A stretch of 64,000 nt of DNA, from the NCBI RefSeq assembly GCF_006345805.1, contig NC_043012.1, positions 55,614,001 through 55,678,000 of the forward strand, read 5' to 3'. This stretch comes from Octopus sinensis. Its lineage: Eukaryota. The translations under genes and the position numbers were made by a program. The number at the start of each line of letters is the position of its first letter. Position 1 is the stretch's first letter. The notes under the pieces were generated by a model that was not told where the DNA came from, did no database searches, and worked only from the letters and a program-made list of their open reading frames with translations. Positions 26,546 through 40,964 of the stretch are shown one piece after another.

Positions 26546-29500
26546 ATACACATACATAAAATGAAGGTATACTGAAATATAATTAGATAAAACTAGATCA
26601 TCGTTTATATATCTGAATCAAAAGATCCCCAGGTTCACAGATAATCTCCTGTGTTTAACTGCCACCCCACTCCACGTGTTGAATCTCCCAATGGCCTAAG
26701 ATTTTGCTCAAAATAAACTTCCCACAGGAGCAATAGAACTTAGTACTGTAGGTTAACAGAGTCTCATTGCAGTGCTGGTGCCTACAGCAGTGAATTATAC
26801 CACCCAACAAGAGTCTCGAGATGGTTGGTTGATCTGCTAGAAATATCAGCTAAATCTTACTCAAAAATCACACCAAACCATTTTTGAAAAGAAAGTTGCA
26901 TTGCATTTTATAATACACTATGCTTAAAAATGAGCTACCCACCCCCAGGGCTAAACTGATATCAATCAGCCATAAAAGATCTCAATATATAAAGACAAAT
27001 GGTGCTCTTAGTACAATCTTTGTGAAAGTCAGACTTAACCAATGCTACATAAATATTACAAAAAAACAAAAAAAAACCCCAAAGACAAATCCAGGTTTCT
27101 GTCAGACCAATACTTTGAACTAAAGCTACAAACTCACTAAAATTTTCTCTCACAAGCCACATTAAATGGTTTTAATTTCTACAAAGTTTTCAAATATCTT
27201 GAGAGAGAACAAATACTAATTTATTACCACCATAGAGTATCTAGTGGGGGTACATGGCTTTGTGGTTAGGTGTTGGACTTATGGCTGTAAGATTGTAGTT
27301 TCAATTTCTGGACTGGGCAATGAGTTGTGTTCTTGAGCAAGGCACTTCATGTTGTTCCAGTCCACTCAGTTGGTAAAAATGAGTAATCCTGCAATGGGCT
27401 ACCATCCCATCTAGGAAGGAATATATACGCCCGAGAAACCAGGAAATCAAGCCCATGCTTTTAGCAGAGTAATGTGGACCTACCCACTAACACGGATTTT
27501 ATTTTTCATTTGTAAGTCAAAGGTAAAAAAAAATATTATCTAACAATGGCAGATAGACATATTTAAATTAGTTTTACTTAAAAAACAAAATTGTAGATAA
27601 AATTAATAAACAAAATGTTAATGGTTTAAAATGAACTACAGTTTACTCTAAAGATTGAAACACAGCAGAATGTAAATTTAAACAAAAATAAGTGATTATA
27701 TGTGACACATAAGCAATGTATAAGAAGGCCAAATAAAAATGTACACCAGTATCATGTCAGAGAGAAATAACCCTAATTTGTGATACATTTTAATGGCGAA
27801 AATGAAGTTTTATATATGTGTATATAGGAAGATAAAATACAAGTTATCTGTATTGAGATAAACAAGAAGGTTCACAATGTCTGTTTATACACCATGAAGT
27901 TATCAGTATGTCTACATACAGTTAAATGTTATGTATCTTTTCCTATATATATATATATATCTTGGTGCATAATTATTGTGGCTTTTTTCAACAAATTTTA
28001 TTCAACAAAAATAACATGTAACAAAAACATCTTTAAATGATTATTCTGGAGCATATTCACCATCTACTTCAATTACTGCTTTCTATTTGCTTGGCAGACA
28101 GTCAGACTGTCATTTAAAGAGGTTTTTGTTAAATATTGTTATTGTTTTTTTGAATAAAATTTGAAAAAAAGCTGCAATAATTATGCACCAACCCAACAGA
28201 TTCCATACTTTCAATCATATCAAATCCCGCTTATGCAAAAGAACAAATTAAAATAGCCATCTGTGTATCATACCTAATGTAAATACATAATGAAACGGTA
28301 AATTAACTGTGGTATTTGTCCAGAGATAACATCTCTGATGGATGGGCATGCTTGCCTTTCAACTATTTATATTAAGTATGATACAGATATGGCTGTTCAT
28401 ACTAATGACAGGATGTGTTTGTATGCATGCATGTGCATTAATGGTAACAAATGGCAGAAACTATCATCTTTAATTTTCAATTAACTATATACATGTTAGG
28501 AAACTATGTATAGTTGAATGGTTAAGAAATTCACTTGGTGATTACAAGGTTCTGAGTTCAATTCCACTGCAAGATATCGTGGGCAGGTGTCATTTTCTAT
28601 ATGCTCAGATTACCTTGTGTCTAGCAAGTGTAACTGGAGAGACAGGAACTGCATGGAGGCCTGTCAGATGGAATGTATCTGACAGTCAAAAGGTTCAGCT
28701 TTGTCATGCCGATTCCATATCAGAATTACTTATATAAGAAAATACTTATGTGTATGAGATACTCAGCCACTTATATGACAATTCAATGTACTTGGTAGTT
28801 CAGTTAATGGAAAAACTGAAAACATATTGTTAGAAATTCTGGCCAACATCATAGTTTTAAGACCTGTCTTGCGGATGCTCTGGGATGCATAGTCAGTGAA
28901 GTTTCTGGGGTCTCAGAGTTTTGGGTTTTGCCCAGTTGACCCAGCTAGGATTGATCAAGTTCCAGCCAGTATACCAATAGCAGTAGACAGCCAGCCAGCT
29001 CTCTTTATCCCAAAAAGTCACCTAGTGGCCTTCTCTACAGATTCAGCGATAGAATTCATAGTTTCACTCTTTGATGCACCAGTAACTCCAAGCCCAATCG
29101 GGACACCAATAGATCACGCTATGAGACCTAGGAAGTTGTAAGAAATTGAGCCACAGTATTAACTGGATGAATTAAGCATGACACTAGTGGAGAGTATATT
29201 AATATTTTTAATAATTAGGTACCTGTACACTATCACCTGGGCCTGCTGTAATCATTTAAATGTGGTATAAAATGTAATATAAGTGTGTGTGTGTGTGTGT
29301 GCGTGTGTGTATCTCAAATCTAAAGCAGCAGGTTTAAGGTAGTGAAGGAAGAGGGAATGACTAAGTTGCTGAGGTTTAAGAATTTATGACAGATTTGATG
29401 ATAAGCAGGTGTACAATAGCCAAAATTAATTAACATGATGCAAATTAATGATGGTTGCTAACAAAAATGTTTATATGAAAAACAATGCAAAAGTAAAAAA

Positions 29501-29628
29501 AAAATGAAATACAAATTATGTGCATATACACACGCATGCATGCACATACACACAAAATATAATTTGTGAAAATGTGTCCTGTAAAGTGATTAAGGTAATT
29601 ATGTTAATATTCAGTATCTGTAAGTGTG

Positions 29629-29660
<32 letters not shown>

Positions 29661-29980
29661 CACACAGACACACACAAACATACATACACTTATGTCTGAG
29701 GAAGACCAGCATTGCCCATTAAAACTGCTTATAACAGACTCTTTTAAAGTCTACTAAGCTCTTATGCGTCTTTTGGGCAGACTTTATACAGAAAGAAGCA
29801 AATGTGAATATCAGTATGAAAGATGAATGCCTCTAATCTGATATTAAATTTGCAAATCTTCAAGTGCTGCATGTCATACAATCTTTTGTCAGGAACAGAC
29901 AGAATTCAGCAATTTTTTTCTAACCTGACAGTTGTTGGTAACTAGTGAGCCTAGTCTTAGACATGTACACACACACACAC

Positions 29981-30029
<49 letters not shown>

Positions 30030-30078
30030 AATAAATAAATAAATAAATAATATATATATATAAATAAATAAATAAATA

Positions 30079-30109
<31 letters not shown>

Positions 30110-30113
30110 ATAA

Positions 30114-30155
<42 letters not shown>

Positions 30156-30169
30156 TATATAATATAATA

Positions 30170-30205
<36 letters not shown>

Positions 30206-30288
30206 ATATATATATATATATATAAATAATATATATAAATAAATATATATATATAATATAAATAAATATATATAATATATATATAAAT

Positions 30289-30334
<46 letters not shown>

Positions 30335-30730
30335 TATATATATAAATAAATATATATATATATATAAATAAATATATATATATATATATATAAATAAATA
30401 TATATATATATATATAAATAAATAAATATATATATATATAAATAAATATATATATAAATAATAAATATATATATATAATATATAATATATATATATATAA
30501 ATAAATAAATATATATAATATATATATATATATGGTCGAACTGACAGGACAAATAAAACTCGATGAGTATACATGCATATTTTTTTTTAATTGGTAGATG
30601 TTATAAAGTGACATAAGGGCCAGTAGTTTCAGACAAAGCACTTAAGTTTGGTCAGTGTTTTTGCATGAAACTTTCCACTCTTATGTTACTTTGTAACTTC
30701 CACCGATTAATAATAAGTGTGTGTGTGTGT

Positions 30731-30762
<32 letters not shown>

Positions 30763-30769
30763 CACACAT

Positions 30770-30801
<32 letters not shown>

Positions 30802-30828
30802 CACACATTATATATATATATATATATG

Positions 30829-30861
<33 letters not shown>

Positions 30862-30896
30862 GCACACACACACATTATATAATATATATATATATG

Positions 30897-30927
<31 letters not shown>

Positions 30928-30943
30928 GCACACACACACATTA

Positions 30944-30994
<51 letters not shown>

Positions 30995-31042
30995 CACATT
31001 ATATATATATATATATTATATATATATATATTACATACACAC

Positions 31043-31083
<41 letters not shown>

Positions 31084-34000
31084 TATTGAACAGTGAGAAT
31101 GAGTGATCAATACTGCACTGGTGAATAAATATTCTTTATTTGTGGGTTACCAAGTTTGCCTCATGGGGGAACATTGGTGCTCTTCTCCAAAATGGAAACA
31201 GTCTTGTTAACCCAAAAATAAAGTGTGGGTGTGTGTATATATATAATTGTGCTTCATAATAGATCTTACAAAGAGATTATAGAATCTTTAGTTATAAAGC
31301 TCTTCAATTTATTTTCAAGATTATAGATTCCAAGAATAATCTTGGAATCTATAATCTTGAAAATAAATTGAAGAGTTTTATAACTAAAGATTCTATAATC
31401 TCTTTGTAAGATCTATTATGAAGCACAATTATATATATATATACAAAACTAATACCTGAAATTTTCAAGTCTAGGTCTGAGAGATAATGGAAAGCTACAG
31501 GCTTTTTCTCCCTTAGCTAACAGAATTTGATGACACTTGCAGAAAACACCAATAACAATCAAGAAACAAGATTACTGCTCAACTAAAATGATATATACTA
31601 CTGATTATTATTATTATTATTATTATTATTTACTGCAATAAAATCAACTTTTGGTTTTTGTCTATCTTGTATGAGATCATATTCAGTAGTAAACATGAAC
31701 TAGATTGAATTCAATAGATTACGTCCTGCCTCTTCAAATTTAGAGTATCATGCTGATGATATGAGAAAACTATTGTTTTTTTTAAGTGTGAATAAAATCT
31801 AATCAAAATATGTGCCAAAGGCAGAATGAAGTGCATTGTTGCAATGTAAATGGTATTGCAGATCTAATGGAACTGATGCCAGCATGGAAAAAATGTCAAG
31901 AAGCATAACTATGATGAAAATTAAGATATGGTTCCTGCTATAAAATCTTCATTTTCTACTGGAAAATGTATAAATGAGACAATCGTTAAAATATTAATGA
32001 TATATATGTAAGGAATGAAATATTAACCGATTCCTTTTTTAATGAGAAATGGTTAGATAAAAGACAGTAGTAAAACGCTTATTCAAATAAAAATAAAAAT
32101 TAAGAGTTGCTTTATAGGGGAATAAGAATTTTGTGCAAAAATAAAGAATCTGTTTTAATATTTAATTAAAAAAAAAAAATTAAAATTTGCAAAAACAGAT
32201 GAGTGATTGGTAAAATAAAATGAATAAAGAGGTAGGAGGAGGAGGAGGTGACTGCATTCAACCAACTATTCCTGACTAAAAACAGTCAGAAATATGTCAG
32301 AATGGGCCGAAATGTGAGTCTTGTGTCAGCAGTGACAAGGCACTCTTACCTACTCTGGAAGGTAGTGTTTTCTGGGCTGAAGGAGAAAAGTAAGGTCTTT
32401 CTTGTCTAAACATTATAAACAATTTGTAATTTGTTATATTTTCCTTTTAGAGAGCATGACTATTATTGAAATATATTTACAAAACGTTTTTAAGCTAAAA
32501 ATAAAACTCATTTGATGTTAGAAATAAAAGTTATTGAAATACATTAAAGTCAACATTTGCTGAAATACAATTTTAGATAATTTTTTTTTTTTTTAGCTAT
32601 TTTTTTTTGTTGCTACTTTCCTATGGCTACAAATACAGTTTTAACCCTTTGAACCAGAGTATGCTTTAGGAGGTACAATTTCATTTAACTATCCCCTGAA
32701 AGATCTAAAAAAACAAGCAGCCGCATAGCTTTAATTGGCAGAAACCATTTTAGTTTCAGCTGTAAACAGTCAGCCATAAACACCAAAGACATATAGTTTA
32801 ACCCTTTCATTACTGTATTTATTTTGAGACACTGTGTTTCTTTCAATTATTTTAAATATAACAAAGAATTTAATAAAATAACTTAGTCACAATTTATGTT
32901 CCTAACACCAGCTTAATGATGACTAAGGTTTGGTGGAAGATTTTAATTCAGAACTTTTGAAAACAAGATATTTGTACAACAGAGCCAGAGCCAGTTTTGG
33001 CCGGGTTGGTAACGAAAGAGACATTTAGCTCATGTTCAGAAAGTTTTGAGTTCTATTCTCAGCCATGTATTGTGTCCTTGAGAACGACTATTTCTTGTTA
33101 CTCCAGTCCACTCAGCTGGCAAAAATGACTTGTACCTGTAGTTCAAAGGGCCAGCCTCGTCATATTCTGCATCAAGCTGTGTCTCCCAAAGAACTACATT
33201 AAGTGTATGCATATTCGTTAAGTGCTTAGCCAATTGCACATTAAATTTCACGAGCAGATTGTTCTGTTGATTGGATTGACTGGGACACTCGTCGCCTATA
33301 ACCAACAGAGGGCCAGCCAAACACAAAACCAAGTGACCACCCACTTTTTACATTCTCTGAGGGTATAGTCACATGAAGTCATGCCCACTAAAATGTACGC
33401 ATAAGTTCAAAGGGTTAAATAAGTTAACAAGCAAAAAATGGGTGGGGAAAAAAAAAAAAAGGGCGGGAAACAACTTACAAAGACCAATACAATAAAAATA
33501 ATTACCTTCATTAATTTCATTGACTAAAGCATCATCCTCTACTCCAGAGGGTGAAACAACCTTTGCAAGCAGTTTACCATGAGCACCATTGAAAGACACT
33601 TTGAAGACGGCAGGCTTGTTTACCTAGAAGAGAACAACAAAAACTAATGAATAAAGGTTTTAAATTTTTACAAACTCTTTGACATTAACCCTTTAGTATT
33701 CAGATTATTCTGTTGAATGTAATGCTTGTTTATTCACATTGTTTTGAATTTATAATCTATTATCTTGTAGCTTCGATATTTTGATGATATGTTTGTTTAT
33801 TTTAAGAACAACATTATAGGATACATGTGAGAGGCTGGATCTGGCCAGTTTATATATTAAAGGGTTAAAATTAAGGGATGACATCTGGAAAAGATCCTTA
33901 AACTCAATTTAGTTATTTTCATGAACCTATGCAACACTATGTTCAAAACTAAAATTCATACAAATACATATCCATCCATACATGTATGTATGTATATGAT

Positions 34001-37000
34001 GGTAAACCAGATGAAACTTCAAAGAATCAATCATTCCCTTGTAAAAATTAATGTGCTCTACTAAAAAGTATTCAGTAACCCTTCGTTAATATTAAATTGT
34101 TTTTCTGCACAAGCTGATATATAAGCTAACATGAATAACCATGCAAGCAATGACATAAACAATGTGCTTTGTACAGTTTCCATTAATCTTTTACTTGTTT
34201 CAGTTATTTGACTGCGGCCATTCCTAATGCCAACCAATCCAAGAGTGTAATGGTTGCTTTTACATGCCACCAGCACAGGTGCCATTTGCGTGACACCAGT
34301 ATCTACCACAGCTGCAATATTGCTTGGCTTGATGAGTCTTCTCAAGCATGGCATACTGTCAAGGATCTCGGTCATTGCCTCCATGAGGCCTAACAAATGT
34401 TATTTTAATTTTGAGATTAAGAAATTAAAAAGAACAAAGAAAAAACCTGACTGGAATGATTAATATTTTAAATCATAATGCAAATATCAAGCTAAAATAT
34501 TTGGGTTCAAATAGGCACAAGCAAAGCTCAAAATTATATCAAACTTCCTCTTTTAGAAGAAGATTGTACAAACACACAAGTTCTAAATATAATATTCCAT
34601 AAACTATTTCAAGACATCTCACAAATATACTACAGACAGAGTCTATACATTGTTGTTTGACATACTAGAAGTAGTAACCAAATTTGCCTCAAATCATATG
34701 CTTCCATCTTAAAAACAGATGGATATACTGGACAATGTTGTTCAAGACCTATTAAAGAGGAGATGGTCATGGTTGGAACCTCCGTTTACAACTGAGAAGA
34801 TGTGGTTATATATATATAAAACCCCTTATTCTGTCAAAGAGAACACAATGTTAGCAATATTACCTGCAATCCTTTCTCTTGAAGAGAATGAACTGAGAGT
34901 TTTTGAGCATCTCCAACACTTGGCGAAATAGCCACTCTGAAAGGTGACTCTGGGATGTGTTCATCGTTAAACTTAACAGATACCAGGTACTCTCCTGCAA
35001 ATTATATAAATAAAAATGTCATAACTTGTATCTATAACAGTCAAATTCCAATTGCAACACAACCAAATTATAATTTTACAGTAAGAGATAATTACAGAGC
35101 AAAAAGAATGAAAAATTTATAAATAAGTAGGATACTGACCAGGCTCAGTGCACACATAGTTCACACCACAAGAACCATCTTTTCTATCTTCAAAATCTAT
35201 TTCAGCTTTAGATGGCCCCTCAACAGCAATAGACAAACCACCAGCACCAGCTTCCCGAGTATAAATGTTGAATTCACCTTTAGAAATAGAGAAACAGTTG
35301 TTGTATGAGAAGTGTATGAACAGGAGTAAAGAAAGGCTGCTGCAATAATACTGAGTTATTTATGATTGAAGCAGAGCTAAAAGATTTATGTGAACTATTT
35401 TGGAAGTTAATATTAGATTTTAGATTTTAAGATTTTACATGTCAAGTGGGGAAAAAGAAACCAAGAATTTACAAATATGTAATATTTTGGTCTCAAAATT
35501 ATGATTAAATTACTTACAAGGTGAGTGTACTTCTCCTTTCTCTAAGCCAGGACCAGCTGCATGCACTTTGTGGGCTCCGCCTCCAGTAATAGGCCCAACT
35601 GTGAATTCAAAGGGGCTGCCTAAAGACGAAAAATACAAAGAAAAATTTATATATACATAGATCTGGAAATCAAATCTTAAATTTCAAAATGAATTAAAAA
35701 AATTTTTATTTATTTTTTTTAATATCTGAGAAAAATCTAAAATGCTCAAAGAACCTTAAAATATGCTCACCTGGAATATGCATATCTTTGTGCTTTACAC
35801 TAACTGTATGGACTCCCATTTCTTTGGGAACGAATTTGATACTATAGTGACAGTCATTTAAGCTAATTACATCACAAACTTCAGTTACACCTGATGGGCT
35901 GGTTACAGAAGCAGTCATATCGAAAGGACTTGTGCCTATAATGAAACAGGAGAGATATTAATTACATATCTTTATTAAATTATAACACTGAAATTAACAT
36001 TAGTAAAATGATAATTTCCTAAATTGAGCATTACATAAATATTTGTTTAAATATATTTTGTCTAAATGTTTTAGAAACAAGAATTAGACAAACTAGACAA
36101 TAAATACAGACATTTCAAAGTTTTTTTTTTTCTTTGTTTTTCTTACAGCAGGACAATTGCTATACTGCAGTTAAACTATGCTGAAGTTTCTAATTTTAAT
36201 TTAAAACAAATACAATTAAGAGACAAAAAAGTCAATGTTGTTAACACACAAGTTTATAAACAATGATGCTTCCATTTATGGTATTGGTTGCCCAATAACA
36301 AAGAGCAAATGATATTTAATAATGGAGCAGTATAATTTTATCAACTAAGAAAGATTAAATTCTTAAATATAAAAATGTTCATACAATGAAATGATCTGGT
36401 TTAATTAAGATAATCTGAAATTTGTAACAGGAGGTTGCACAAATAAATAAAAAAATTCTTTGAAAGAAAAATTGCATTTTTCTGTAACTGACAAAAGATG
36501 CTAGTCAGGTGGGAAAAAAAAAACACAAATAACTGTGAAAGCACCATAAAGCTATGGCAAATCTAGGTGATAAGTTAATTCTATTTTCTGCATGGCGCTA
36601 ATATAAAAATAAATAAATCAACTTCAGTTTTTTTTCTCTTTCAGCTGCTGTAGATGCGCGAAAATAACTGTGAATGAACGTGTGTGTGTGTGTGTGTGTG
36701 TGTGCATTATATACATACACACACACACAAGATAAAATATAAAGAATCCAAATTTTTAGTGTCCAAGTGAAAGGAGGACACTTTTATAGCAAATTTATAC
36801 AGGATGGAAGGATAGAGACAACTGTGTGAACTCAGTTTGAATGGTTGGAGGGAAAAAAATGAAGAGAAGCAGTTCATGATTATGTAAGGATTAGAAAAGG
36901 TGTTTAGTACAGAGTTTAGTGACAATGTGAACGAGTTGAGATACTGAAGGCAAAGAGAAGAAGCTGAAAGTGGTAGACAGAAAGTAAAGCGAAAGAACAC

Positions 37001-40000
37001 GAGTTCATTATAGCAGTACAGAAGCAGACAGACAACATTTGAATGGTGGGCCAGAAGTTTTAAAGTTTCAGTAAATCGATAGCATGTGAGAATTTTCTTA
37101 TTAGGGTGCAGTTGAAATTTCATGTGTGAATTAAGTCAAAGTGCAACGGGCCACAATCATGGCCATTAGGCACAGGTTGGCAGGCCACAATCATGGCCCA
37201 GATAGATGCATTTAATTTATGGGCGTTTGTTGGGGTTTAATGTCACTCAAACGCTCCGATACCCACCAGAATGCAAGAGGGCTAATAATTCAACTAATGA
37301 TTTTTCAGATGATGTAAAACTTGCCACCATTATATACTAAGATAGTCTAACTATTTTTAGCTTTTTATGTGTGCATGGAAGTCTCATTTTCATAAAATGT
37401 GCTCAGCAATCCATGCTGCGTAAGTGCAAGTCCCAGCACTTTATGGGTTAAGTAAACCCACAGTGGCCCCTAGTGTTCTAGTGCAGTGCGTATTTCAGTT
37501 TTGTAAAAAAGTAGCAAATCAAAGCTGAAATAGTATGTTCATGACCCTAAAAAGGGAGCACAATTTTGTGAAGCAAACTTAACTTAGAAAATTGTGAGGT
37601 GGGAAGCCGTGTCATAGGATTTGAGATCTACTTAAACATAGTATATTTAGGTTTTGCGGTGGTTTGAAATGTATGTTGTTCTGAGAGTACAGAGGAAGCA
37701 GAGTTGCAAATTTGTTCCTTAAAATGTCAAGTGTTTCAAATCTCCATTTCAGAAATTTCAGCTGTTCAAGGATAGGCAGAACTAACAGAAAGTGTTGACA
37801 TTTCATATGAACAAAGTCATTGTGATAAAATAAGGGAGATAAGTAAATAGGCCATTGATGGAATTGAAGGTCAGAAAGGAATCTGATATAGAATCAATAG
37901 AGTGACAATAAAAGAAAAAACTTGTTTACACAAGGAGAACTTCTCTGGAACTTCTCAACTCGGTTGTAATGGAGCTTTATGAACAGGCAGTTGCATCCGG
38001 TTTTCATACCAGACAGAACAGAAGACTTTCAATGAGGTCAAGAGCAGTAACATTGCTTTTATTGAAGTTAAGGGCAAGAAGCCACTGATGTGATACATGA
38101 AAGTGGTCAAAGGGAATTTAGTTTTCTAGAATCAGTACAGATTGGGAAGAAATTAAATGATGCAGTAAGGATTGTTTATAATTTTATAATTATCCCATCA
38201 ATTTCGAGTTGTTGGATGGATATAATAGATCAGTAGTAATCAGGATTGGAGAAATTGCCATAAAATGATAAAAATTTGGTCAAGATATGGGCAAAAATGA
38301 GCAAGTGTCACCAATTCCTAACACTGTTTCAAATGAACAAATGACAGTTAATCAAATGATGTTGCATGTATTTCATAACTGTATAATAGTGACACACCAG
38401 ATTACATCAGTTGAATCCATTTGTTGGATGCATCACAATAGCTGTTGTCTGCAATTTCTATTTTAACTGTTTACTGCCTATATTTAAATTAATTAATTTA
38501 GAAATTAATCAAAAATCTGGGAGAGTGGAAATTTAGAAAATAAGTTGATTTTCATTTATGTCTAAAACAGCAGCTGAATAAGGAAATAATTTAACAATAG
38601 CATCTTACATTAAACTATGATGACAGATTTTAATATGAAACCTTGAAAACAGGCAATCTTTTATAACTGAATCAAAGATGAATTCAGTGGTGGTGATATT
38701 GAAGGATTAAGCTTTCTTTGGCCAAGAGTAAATTCCTTAATATGTAGTCAATATAAAATTGACAAAATATTTTATCAATTAGCTGATTTTGAACAAAGAT
38801 GATGTGTTTGTTAACTAAGTGGAAAAGATTTAAATATAGACAAACTTCATTTTATTTATCTTTATAGACTTAATATTTATATTTTGGGATTATTTTAAAA
38901 CATGGTGATCATTCAGAATGATTTCCAACCAGTTTTCTTCAAAATTTTCCAATTGTTTTTGACTAAATTAGACTTCTATAAAACTGACTTTTAAAGGTAA
39001 AAAAAAAAAAAAAAAAATAGTAGCCTTTAATTTGAAACTTTTAGTAAAATTAAAGCATCTAAATTGTTAGCAATTGAAAGCTTAAAATATACAAGGAATA
39101 AAAGTGAGCATTTGTATAAATTTACTCACAATATTAACACAGTACAGTAATAAGCAATTTTATATGAGCAACAACGCAAGATTCATAGAAAACAATACAA
39201 TAATATTTAAACATTGTGACACTTTAGTACAGAAACAAAAAAAAGACAAAACAAAAAAAAATGACAAAAAACAAAAACAAAACTAAGTTTGGTTATTTAT
39301 AGTCAATATTATTCAACATTTTCACATTGACAAAAACAGACAAACAATTAAAACAAAAGCTAAACAATGAAAGTTCCAATGCTGTGCAGATCAGAACAGT
39401 AAACACTAACATGACAATCACATAGCTGGATTCCTCAATACAAAATGGCCAATATGGTCCAGATACTGATATTACACACCACCAAAAGGTAAAAAGAGAA
39501 AATAATTTATTGTAGATTTTTCTACAAAGGTATTAATATTGAGGAACCCAAAACAATTTTCTGAACTCGTGCATAAAAGGATACATGCAGCCTAATAACG
39601 TTATTAGAGATGTATACTTTTACACATATAGAACACCATGCATCTATTGTTTCTGACAATGCAAAATAAAAAATAAAACAATTCTTAACCAGGACTAATT
39701 TAAATCATCTTGGGTGGTCCCTGCACTTATCAAGGGAGTGCTGTTCTTGCTCAGATCTTCCTGAGTCAGAGGAAAAGCAAGTCCCAGTATGTCAGAGGGA
39801 CAAGTGGGTGCAGAGAAAGCCAAGAGAGTCAGCAATGCAAGATTCAAAAGCCTTAATGGATGGATGAGAGCTTGCTCAATTTGTGAGTTTGATGGATGAT
39901 CAGTGACTCCTTGTTCAGTTCATCCACCCTAGTAAGGGTGTTTATTGATTCTATACAGGCCAGGACGAGAACCTGGAGTGGCATCATGAACATGAAATTG

Positions 40001-40924
40001 ATAATAAAGATTACATGAGCTAATACAGAAATGGATTAAGATAAGCCAGGGATAAGACCAACCGAAGAACATAAATATAGACCAACTAATAGTACAATAT
40101 TAAGACAATATGAATATAGACCAGTGCTCCACAACCTTTTTTTCACTTGCAGTACACTTAAATTCTTTTCAAATTCGGTAGCACACCTGAACTAAAAATA
40201 TAAAAGTATACGGGAAAAAATATTTAGGTTACACTATGGCACACCTAGCAATGTCTCACAGCACAGTGTGCCGCAGCATACCAGTTGCAGAGCACTGATA
40301 TAGACCAACAAAATATATATACATGTACGTATACACTACAATGTTAAGACATAAAGGGACAAAGCTAGTTGCGACATGCAGACAGAATATACTTCTTGCG
40401 TTACAAAGTATAACTACATTACTTACATAGCCACATCCTGTAGAAAGCTTTTAGTAATTAGATATAGACAATCAACTAGAAATGTAATTAGACAAGATTT
40501 TGCAACTACTAATACATGAAGCATTTCCCAAACCACTATACTTCATATCTAAGAATTTAAGAATTAGTAAAAACAGATAAAAATCAGAAAAAAAAAATGC
40601 TATAAAAATGATTGATATAAAAGATCAGTGTCTGTGGAAATGGTAAAGTAAGAACATCAATGACTCATGTATTTCTATATTTCTTTCCCACAGGTGTTTT
40701 GTGTAAAAATATATTTCCTATATTCAGTGAGTTATTTTAAAACGCAACAGATAATAAAAGTATGAAAGATAGGTTTAAAGTAGAAGCTGCAAATGAATTA
40801 AGTGTCCAAGATTAAACTATACTGCTGAATAAATTTTTTCTTATATTCATCAAATATTAGATTTTATAATAAATGTTTATTTAATATTTCTTTTGGTGGT
40901 AAATAACTTCCCTTTCTGAAGCGA

Positions 40925-40964
<40 letters not shown>

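Noticed and set aside
29227-29235. 9-nt micro-exon CAGGCCCAG
   Set aside because: No polypyrimidine tract and a weak gtgata donor.
29692-29750. Additional hammerhead-like CTGAGGA/CTGATGA hits (also 5338, 21796, 63487)
   Set aside because: No stem II or correctly placed GAAA/NUH.
29920-31110. 100-220 aa YI/HT-rich ORFs (also at 1.1, 4.7-5.2, 7.0 and 8.2-8.7 kb)
   Set aside because: (TA)n, (CA)n and (GATA)n repeats lack stop codons in some frames.
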